Shown here piece by piece: positions 12,621 to 22,305 of a stretch of DNA of 64,000 nucleotides. The notes beneath the pieces were generated by a model. The model searched no databases and had not been told where the DNA came from. It saw nothing but the letters and a program-made list of their open reading frames with translations. The translations under genes and the position numbers were made by a program. The stretch is from Massalongia carnosa (Eukaryota). The stretch is taken from the NCBI GenBank assembly GCA_965645245.1, contig OZ287081.1:1674001-1738000 (forward strand), in the 5' to 3' direction. Position 1 is the stretch's first letter. Each line of letters opens with the position of its first letter.

Positions 12621-15310
12621 AGATTCGGCGCAAGCGGCAAGGTTTTTCAAGCGATTCACCTCTTCACATTTGATATCTTCAATTACGTGGGAAGTCAAGT
12701 CTTTTTCAGCCCATAAATTATCCAAAAACGAAACAGAAAAAACGAGCTACGCGTGAAACGTCTAGGCGACAAAGCCCGAGGATCTACTATTCCCACTACC
12801 CATCACCCAGGGACTGTGAACTTATAAGACAGTTACCTATGCATCGACTCGAAATCCCCAGGTGACTCACTGTTCAAAAAAGTAATCGAACGAACGATAT
12901 ATGAATGCCTGGCCAGAAATATACTCAATCTAGAGCCCAGACAAAGATAGCGGTCTGTTAAAGCGCCAGCATGAAAGAAATATAATTGACGATAACAAGG
13001 ACGTTGTTTTTTTGACATACAATGAGATAATTTTAGGGGGAGATTGAGATATAGGGACAAAGCCTGTTAAGTCTAGCTTACCTAATGATAATCCGGTCAA
13101 TAGAGCTAGAAGAGTTCAACACCTGGGCTCAGCGACTCGATGGATAGAAACGATAGATGATGATCAAGCTCGCTCTGTCCTAAACCGCTCTTGATAACTA
13201 GATGTCTCAGGGCGTTGGGTCAAGCTTCTTCCAAACTAACGAACAAGCCTGGCCGCCAAGCTATTTGTTGCCGCCCACTGTCTGATCCGTTCAATCTTCT
13301 TCCCAAGCTCCACTTTCTTCGAAGGGATTATCACTAGCGTTCAGCTGCGCCGGGGGTTCCTGCGGAAACTCGAGGACACTTGATTCAAGGCGGCGGATAA
13401 ACCGTCCGCATTGACGAGAATGGCGGCAAGGGGCGTCGCCTTTCAAAGTGTATATCTAGTTATGGATACACTCGCGGAGAAGCGTAAAAATATTTTTCTC
13501 GAATTCTTCGTCTCCCCGCAATTGGCAGAGTACTTGTTTATCGGTGACGGTATCTCCACACTGTGAGCTCACGCTCGCTTTGCATGGTCTGCTTATGTCC
13601 GAATTTTCTGAAATCTCAAAGACTCGCAAATCGGATGATTTTTGAAGCTGCACACATTACTTTGTTAAATATGAGATACGCGGGGGAAGACGCGGGTTTT
13701 CCTCGTTTACATCAACAGCTAACTGAGTTTCTTTGAAATTGAAATATCCACAGCTTGCGTTGACTTTGACAACGACTCGTTTAAGAATTTACCAAAGAAC
13801 ACTTCAATTGCGAGTATTTACTGTCGAAAATCAAGGCAGTGTCGACGAAGAAGGGATTTATGCCCAAAATCCCTCCATACGAAGCAAAACGGTACAGCTT
13901 GAGAGAAACCATTTCCCCGAAACCCTACCTAGGCAAACCGAACCGGGCTTAGACCATCTAGTGGACTTAGTTGGAGAGCCTGAATTATTCCAAGAAAAAG
14001 AGAGCTAGAAATCACCTCACCAAACAAAACAAGTATAAAAAACCTCCTTCATCCAATAGTTACTTGCTCAAATCCATCTTTGCCACAAGTTAGCGGGCAT
14101 CGCAGGCCAACTCTCTCGCGGCTCTTTTTATAAAATCTCCTCGGATATTCACTTTTACAAGACTTCGTTTATATGTAAATAAAACCATTAAGGAGGCGTT
14201 GGGAGTTCGAAGAAAGGAACCTCGTCTGTGCGTGGGGGAAATCGTCTCGCCCGGCAATCGCTCCCACGCACATAACGACAAGGTTAGAAGATTCTTAATT
14301 CTTTAACCCCCTCGAGCATTGCAATATTTCTCTCTAACCCGCCAAGGCCACTAACAAGGCTGCCTGCGGGGCGGGAGCAATGTGCGAATGAGGTTTTGTG
14401 TTTGTGTTTCCGCTTGCGATTGAACGAAAGGGCAGAAAGGTATGTACACACTGTGGCTGGTATTGGTTTCTTAGTTGGTGGGCACCCGTTATAGCGGACT
14501 TCGCTAATATGTAGAGTTGATTGGAGTTTCGTTATAATTTGTCTGTTGAGATTACATACTACTCTAGGTATTTAATGAACAGAAATGGAAAACTTCAAGA
14601 ACTCTGGCTTTTAAGAGTTATTCACACAAAGCGTGAGGATGCATTTGAAAAGCCTAAAGATAACCTCTACGTGCAACCTACCTGGTCGATGTTTTATATT
14701 GGGTCATCATCAACATATCCTGGATCCTAAATGTCAGCAGACGACTCGGAAAACCTTTTCTCGTTGAAAGCAAAATAGGTCATTTAGAACTATATATTGC
14801 TCTTTTGCAAACTCCTTGTTATACAGACATCGAACCGTCTTCCCACTCCATCCATTTTGCTATGGCGTGGACATCATGGGTTTTCTGTGGTCGGGGGACG
14901 TTATTACCATAACTCTTATCGATGAGTTAGCATTTAACAGGACTTTCAGCCTTGTTCAGTCGGTAATCTTTTTTGCGCACCAAGTGACAGTTAGAAATGA
15001 GCATTCCGCTAAACGGTTGTCTGAGTCTGTTCATCCATCAGTTAGGCCGTCAATTTTCATGCTAGGAGTTAGCATAGTTATCTTGTTTCCTTATCCTTCT
15101 TATTACGCCTTTCTGCTTTTGGTTATTGCCTTAGCCTCACAACTTGGATCAAGATCTTGAGGTTTTGCTAGGAGGTTTGAATGAAATCGAGCTATAAGTC
15201 TGCTTTCTCAAGAGTTTCTAAAAAAACCAAAAAAAAAACAATCTTCAGGCAAAAAAGGATTTGCCAATTGGCAATCTCACAGGAAAACCCAAGAGATGCT
15301 ACATAGGCTC

Positions 15311-15389
<79 letters not shown>
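15311..15389 (-). repeat. (CAT)26 microsatellite forming the 3' tail of the adjacent LINE
   Basis: A perfect GAT array on the + strand, directly abutting GAATAC on the minus strand and the left TSD. Confidence 0.9.
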
Positions 15390-16452
15390 TATTCATACTC
15401 CGATATGTCACCGGCCGTAGGCCGGCTCATGCGGGCAAAGCTATCTAAGTTATGTTATATGGAAACCCTTTTTCAGATGTAATAACCATATCCCTTGATA
15501 TATGTTCAATGTGACATCGGGTCGACATCGGACAGGAGACGCAGAACGAAAATCATGTGAGAACTGTGACATTTTGTGAAATGAAAAGGAAAAGAGAAGT
15601 GAAACTACTGTTGATTGTACAGTAGTGTAGATGTCAGTGAGAATTGAATCAGTAGATCTGTTTACATTAGTCAAGCAGTTAATATCTTTAGAATTTTTGA
15701 TTTTTCGGTCAGCTGTTGATAACTGTTCGTGTCAGCGGCGCGAAACATCTGTTCTCTGTTGTCAATAAGTCTACAGAACATAATTACGTGTTTTGAAATT
15801 GTCTGTGTCAGTCACATGGGCAGGTCGATTAGGTGACGACGGGGATCCGTCGTTGATAGAAGAAGTCAGCTAGATCGATCTTATCGATGCGGATCTGTGT
15901 TGTCAGACCGCTTTATGCCTTTTTTAGCAGCGTGTGTATTTTCAGTCGATTTTTGCTCAGTGGGACTGATTGCGTTATGAAGGGTTCGGTGACGCGATTT
16001 TGATATGCGCTTCATCAGTCGTTTCAGACTTTCAGCTGCCGTGCTTTAATTGTCTGCATTTGTTTTTAACGAGTCAACGCTGCTACTACGGAGACTTCGC
16101 GGAGATGCGCTGGGGAGGGGTCGGATCATGGTGGATGTGCTTTGGATGGTTGAACGATTTTTGCGTCGATCAGTAGGTTTTTGGCTCAGGTGTGCTTCAG
16201 CTCTTTCGGAGTGGATTTTTGAAGGCGTTTGCGGCCTGCCTTGCCTCGGAGTTTATTAACTATTTTGCTGCATGCGGAAGAAATGACCTTCAATTGACCT
16301 TCGGCTCGGAGTCGATGTCTGGCCTGCGCCTGTAGCGTGTCGAAGTGTACATCTATGGGTGCTATGTATGTCTCTGCTTCAAGAACTGGAATGGGAGTGG
16401 CTTTAAAGGCACCGGCTATGGTGCGAAGGCAGTTGTTTTGCATAACGGAGAG
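15311..16452 (-). mobile_element. 5'-truncated Tad-clade non-LTR retrotransposon (LINE) with 13-bp TSD
   Basis: Post-RT motif CLRTIAGAFKATPIPVLEAETYIAPI; decayed C-terminal CCHC region QIRIDKIDLADFF...TCPCD*HRQ..KHVIMFC; 3' hairpin CCGGCC-GTA-GGCCGG; GAATA(CAT)n tail. ACATAGGCTCGAT occurs at both 15301-15313 and 16453-16465. Confidence 0.9.
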
Positions 16453-16788
16453 ACATAGGCTCGATAGAATAAATGAAAACGATATATAACAGAAGGCTTA
16501 AGATGTATTTCATGCAAATGTTTTCAGAAAAGTATGTGTGCAATTCAGTGGATATTCCATCTTCGAGGTCCCTACCTAAAATTTGGAATTCCCATAAGAT
16601 ATTAACACTGTATTTCAGTTTTCTCATAGGGTGCTGTACTTTCCTGTTATTGCGAGCGCGCGTAAGGGTTTGTGCGTTGTATGAGGTTAAACTAGTCGAC
16701 GTTTGGAGGTAAGATTCACGCTCGTTAAGTAGGTCAATAGAAAATCCATGTTAACATACCTTCCGAGCCTTGGATTCCCTTCACTGCC

Positions 16789-18099
16789 ACCCCTGAAAAA
16801 AAACTGGCAACGTGTAGGCGACTTTACCCCATTAAAATTTCCCCCTTTTCATCAACCATCCACACCAACATGCCTCGTAAGCAACGTGCAACTCACTACG
16901 ATACTCCCATTCGAGCTAAACTTCAAGGAATTCATGAATATCTTCTTGATGAAAGCATCGTACATGATCCACGAAATCTTTTCAAGAAGTATGGCGTTTC
17001 GGAACGAGCTGGCTACAGAATTATTCGCAAAGGAGCTTCGACACGTACTCGTCATCATACAGAGCTTATAGAAACGCGAGGAAGACGATCAAAAATCAGA
17101 GGCGAGCAAGTACGAGAGGCTGATCGGCTGCTTCAGGAAGATGAGCTACAACTCGAAGGAAAACGCTTGACATGGGAACAAGTTGCGATGGAAGTTGGAG
17201 CAGATGTGTGGGTCGTACAATGCATAACGTGCTACGTACTGCATTGAATTACGAGAAATGTCTAGCCTGCGTCAAAGGATGGCTGGCCGACCCTCCTATG
17301 CAAAAACGGGTGGAATACGCTCATATAATGCTGGCCAAATATCCTAAACCAGAAGATTGGTATCGAGTACGATTTAGTGACGAAGTTCATTTCTCCTACG
17401 GGCCCGAGGGCAAATTACGCATCATACGTCAGCCAGGCACATGCTATAGATGGGATTGTATACAAAATCGTGATGCGCCAGCGGAGAAAGATTGAAAGAG
17501 ATTGCATTGTTGGGCGGCTGTAGGCTACAACTTCAAGTCGGATATTATATTCTACGAAGTGCCGGGCAACAGCAATGGCAAGATGACGCATCAAGTATAC
17601 ATTAACTCAATACTTGAGCCCGTTTTCAAGCCGTGGCTAGAGCGAGGGGATGATTTTGTGCTCGAAGAAGATGGTGATTCCGGGCATGGCACAGGCAGGA
17701 CGAGAAACGCAGTCAAGAAATGGAAGGAGGATCATCGTTTAGAGCATTATTTCAACTGCTCTTCTTCACCTGATTTGGCTCCTATTGAAAACAGCTGGCA
17801 GCCCACAAAGCAGCATATTAAAAAGTATCCTCATTGGGACGAAGCGAGCTTAAAAGCATTGATTTGTGAGGGCTGGGCGACAGTCAGTCAAGAGTTTATT
17901 AATGAGAGAGTACGATCAATGCCTCAACGGCTAAAGGACGTCATCTCAGCTGAAGGGGCCATGACTGGTCATTAATTTGATGTAAATAGCTTTCAATTGA
18001 CTAGTTATCGCAATGTAAAGGTGAAATGTTGATAAAAAGGGGTAGAATTTAGTAGGGTAAGCTCGCTTACACGTTGCCAGTTTTTTTTTCAAGGGCGTG
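16789..18099 (+). mobile_element. Tc1/mariner-superfamily element with imperfect ~65-bp TIRs and a disrupted transposase (DD38E by count)
   Basis: The TIR core GAAAAAAAACTGGCAACGTGTA(G/A)GCGA..TTACCC appears inverted at both ends. Transposase 16870-17975 has RFSDEVHF, LEEDGDSGHG and SPDLAPIENSW. Lesions: frameshift near 17208 and TGA at 17493. Confidence 0.9.
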
Positions 18100-19687
18100 A
18101 CTGCCCATTTCCTAGGGGCCATAGTCGTTTCCTCGTCTGCTCCCGTATCGCTTCAGTTGCGAATTCGCAACTAGATGCGCCACACTGGCAGAGCTGGGTG
18201 GCCCCGGGGCCGGCCCAGTATTCTGGTCCATAGTTAACGGTTACTTCTTCGAAAGTCTCGATGTCCCTAGTAGCTTGGACGAAGATTCTCGATTTGTTCC
18301 CGACGATGGCCCCGATGAATTCGGTGGAGGCATCACACGAGTGGTTGATGAACCTTGTCCAATTGCCCAAACGCTTTGATGAAATCTGGGCAATATCGCT
18401 GTTTAAATTATCAAACTTGACCGAGATAGCCATCGAGTATACCGGGTCGGGAAAGGATGCCGGTTTGACCTCCCCAACATATTCGGCTAGGGTTTCCGAT
18501 TTGCGAACGGATTGAAGTACACGAATACCAGTGCCTCGGTCCCCGAAATGAACCAGCTCGACTAGAGGATGTGTGATCCAAGGACAAGCGAGGGGAGCGC
18601 AGGAGCATTGACATTGATCACAGATCTCGCAAGGATTGCCATTTAAAACGATCCTCGGATCACTAGGCCACGGCCTATAATCCTCCCATGCATCTGGTTT
18701 TTTAACTGCGGCAAAATCCTCTGGGCAGTATATGGTGGTGAGAACATTCAACTGATCATGGCCCTCAAAATTAGGACGCTGTGGGGGCATGGAGGTTTCG
18801 GGTACAATAAACTCGTGTGGATGTCCCGGCTTGATTTCGTGTTGTCCTTCGCCAAAAGGGTCAGCAATGAGGGATGCTTCATCCAACGAGTTAGCTAGTA
18901 TTAGTCTCCATTCGAGACCCCGTATCTTCGCGAAATACTCAAGGCTGTTTCTATTTACACTGATACTAGCAGCCAACGCTTGCCATACTGCTGCGTCAAC
19001 GGTGCGAGCCGTCTCTCGAAAGCATGCTGAGGCCGCTAGAATGCACGTCATCATGTATCCGTGCTCCTTGGCGAATGATGCATATCTTCGGCATAGCCGC
19101 TTCTCATTATCGGCAACAGTCAAGACTCTGCCCAGATTGTCGGGCTGGATGCGAACTTCGTTCACTGCATGCAGGGTCTTCGTATGAAGCTCATTAGATT
19201 CGTTACCACATACGACATACTCGAGAACTTTGATAGCCGCTGCAGTTTCGAGAGCAAGTCTCCCTTGGATGCGAGCAGCCCCCAACATTGTTGGATCCGA
19301 AGTGGAAAGTAAGAGTCCGGGAGCAGAAATATCATGGATATCCTTGTATATCTGACCCAACAGTTTCTTCGTGATCGAATCCAAACTGCAGGATGAAGAT
19401 AATGTAGTGCTTGTTTCTGACACTAGAAATTCAACAAGCTGGTTGACCGGTATTCCTATGTCAGCTGCTGCGCGTGTAAAATTGGAAGCAACATTTGCGT
19501 ACTTTGTCCCTTTAATGGCTGTAGCCGTTAATTGGTTTCTCCAAGAGCGTTTCTTCTTCGTGTTCCGAATGGGAGACTGTGTCTTTCCAATGGCATTCAG
19601 ATTCTTCGACAACGAGCGCGATTTCGCTGGCTCTTGCGACTTGCCCCCGCGTCCATGCCTCGCAGTTTGTCCTCTAGTGCTAGCCAT
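18089..19687 (-). CDS. Intronless orphan SET-domain protein (putative lysine methyltransferase), 532 aa
   Basis: Cys cluster CEICDQCQCSC; SET motifs RGTGIR..LAEYVGEV, GNWTRFINHSC and EEVTVNYG; post-SET CQCGASSC; basic N-terminus. Confidence 0.85.
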   Translation of the reverse strand: MASTRGQTARHGRGGKSQEPAKSRSLSKNLNAIGKTQSPIRNTKKKRSWRNQLTATAIKGTKYANVASNFTRAAADIGIPVNQLVEFLVSETSTTLSSSCSLDSITKKLLGQIYKDIHDISAPGLLLSTSDPTMLGAARIQGRLALETAAAIKVLEYVVCGNESNELHTKTLHAVNEVRIQPDNLGRVLTVADNEKRLCRRYASFAKEHGYMMTCILAASACFRETARTVDAAVWQALAASISVNRNSLEYFAKIRGLEWRLILANSLDEASLIADPFGEGQHEIKPGHPHEFIVPETSMPPQRPNFEGHDQLNVLTTIYCPEDFAAVKKPDAWEDYRPWPSDPRIVLNGNPCEICDQCQCSCAPLACPWITHPLVELVHFGDRGTGIRVLQSVRKSETLAEYVGEVKPASFPDPVYSMAISVKFDNLNSDIAQISSKRLGNWTRFINHSCDASTEFIGAIVGNKSRIFVQATRDIETFEEVTVNYGPEYWAGPGATQLCQCGASSCEFATEAIREQTRKRLWPLGNGQSRP

Positions 19688-20308
19688 GATATTTATCGTA
19701 TCCAGCCGCTAGACCGTGGACTGTGATTGTTTGTCGGAGGATTGAGACTTTGGTTGCTTTGGCAATGTCTAAAATGGTTAAGAATATGAAGTGCTGTAGG
19801 AGATACATTTGAAATTTGGAGAGCAAGTGATATTTATGATATGAGAAATGGATGTCTTCTGATAATTCATTGTATTCCCCCTGAAACATTTCTTTCATAA
19901 ATACACACTCGCTGACACAAAACAGAGATGAGACGACAAAGCCATTATATCTGGCATGAAACAAAGAGCCATCGTAGATAGTTACAAGATTGGAAGAGAG
20001 GAACTGAATAGAAGCATTGATCAAAGAAGAGGTTAACTATAGAGTATTCTCCCTACACAATAAAACAACGTATCATGATTAATAGGGGCATAGCCCTAGT
20101 TAGTTCGCGATCACGTGCGGGCTTTGGACTAGTCGGAAAAACCTTTTGCCTGAAGGTAGGATTCAAGATATCTTCAGGATGATCAAACTCCATGCCTCTC
20201 TCCATAGCTACTATGCTAGCGCGTTATAGGTCGTCTTTTACTTCCATCTTCTTATGCGGAAAATTTTTATGAATGCTTCATTGTGACCTAGTCAGGTAAT
20301 CGCCAGCA

Positions 20309-22132
20309 ATGCGTACGTTATTGAAGTGTCTCAAACCTGCAAAGCCCTTCGCATCTTCCATTCTCCCAATCTTTACTCCAAGGACCATACGCCATTACAA
20401 GCCTCGGTACGCTACAGTCATGTCAGCTTCACTCTCCACCAATGCTGCGCTAAAATCCTCCACTCCTGCTGCAGTAGGGATCCGGCAATATGACTCTGAG
20501 ATCAGCGGCATGGCAAGCTACGTTCACAATTTCAAAATTGACTCAGATCTTGCTGTGAGCTTCGCCGCGTTGATTGCAAAAAGCCGCAAGTGCTAATTGA
20601 GTAAATTGGCCTCAGTTTGACACTGCCAGATATGTTTTCCTAGACACTCTGGGATGCGGACTTGAAGCCCTTCGCTTCAAGGAATGTACCAAACTCCTTG
20701 GGCCAATTGTGGAGGGGACGGTGGTTCCCAATGGCACCCGGGTACCAGGGACACCTTTTGTGCTAGATCCTGTGAATGGTGCTTTCAACATTGGCGCTAT
20801 GATTAGATGGCTTGATTACAACGACTGCTGGCTTGCGGCGGAATGGGGCCACCCCTCAGATAACTTGGGAGGAATCCTTGCAATTGCGGACTGGGTTTCG
20901 AGAACAAATCGTGCCGGAGGAAAGGCTGGGACGGGAACGGTGCTCAAAATACGAGACGTGCTGGACGCCATGATCAGAGCGCACGAAATCCAGGGTTGCT
21001 TGGCGCTCGAGAATTCGTTCAATAAAGTTGGACTCGATCACGTTGTTTTAGTCAAGGTTGCCACAGCCGCCGTGGTGTCGAAGATGCTTGGATTTTCTGA
21101 GAAACAGACAGCCGATGCAATCTCCCAGGCTTGGGTTGACGGCCAAAGCTTGCGGACGTATCGGCATTCCCCTAATACCATGTCAAGAAAATCATGGGCT
21201 GCTGGCGATGCATGTCAAAGAGCAATCAATCTGGTGTTGAAAGTGCAAAAGGGAGAACAAGGGATCCCCACCGTTTTGTCAGCTCCGACATGGGGTTTCT
21301 ATGATGTGCTGTTCAAAGGCAACAAATTCCAATTTCAACGGCCATATGGGAGCTACGTGATGGAAAACGTTCTATTCAAGGTTTCATACCCAGGTAATGT
21401 TTTCAACCAAGGCTTAGTATAATCAGGATTGAATAACTCTCCATAGCGGAGTTTCACTCCCAAACCGCCATTGAAGCCGCAAAACACATATATGCACAGC
21501 TACAGGAGAGGGGGAAATCCGCGGAGAATATCAAATCGGTCACTATTCGCACCCACGAGGCTTGTATTCGCATTATCGACAAACAGCACAAACCAATGGA
21601 CAATTTCGCCGACCGCGACCACTGCATCCAGGTACTTCCCCCTGGTCCCCCCGTTTAGTCCTAAGCTGGTAACTATGACTTCTCTAATCACCCGTTCATT
21701 ATACAGTACATGGTCGCCACCATGCTGGTGTACAACCGCCTTGCCGCAAGTGACTATACCGACGGCTCCCCTGCCGCCACCTCCCCACTTATCGAGTCGC
21801 TCCGCCGGCGCATCTCCTGCATCGAAGATTCCCTCTTCACCACCGCCTACCACGACCCTGCTACACGCTCTATTCCCAACGCCCTCGCCGTCACCCTTGA
21901 TGACGGCACCGTACTGCAGGAAACCGTCGTGGAGGCCCCGCTGGGCCATCGCCTGCGCCGCGAGGAAGCCAAGCCGAAGATCATGGCCAAGTACGAGCGT
22001 CACCTGGGCCCGCATTTTGCCGAAAAGAGAGTGAGGGAGTTGGTGGCGCTGGGCGAGGATCGGACAAGGTTGGAGGGCATGGACGTAGATCGTTATATGG
22101 ATCTATATGTCAAGGAGAAGATGGAGTGGTGA
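20309..22132 (+). CDS. prpD: Mitochondrial 2-methylcitrate dehydratase (PrpD/Pdh1)
   Basis: [63 protein letters not shown] and [10 protein letters not shown]; 3 GT-AG introns; N-terminal presequence-like region. Confidence 0.95.
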
Positions 22133-22305
22133 GAAGGGGGGGGAGTTGCTTTCGGGTTGACGCCAAATGGATTCATGCATGCTGTATCTGTATAACCGGT
22201 CTAGTTCGAAACGAAGAATATGTTAGTTATGTCAACACCGTAACTATTTATATTTCTTTCCCCCGGAACCCCGAAACCCCGGGAAAAAAGGGCCCCCCCC
22301 CCCAA

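Noticed and set aside
15261..15482. Poly-methionine ORF
   Set aside because: It is a translation of the LINE's microsatellite tail.
6000..20100. Starship or other giant element encompassing the island
   Set aside because: No tyrosine-recombinase captain, Helitron or other large-element gene was found, and no bounding repeats.
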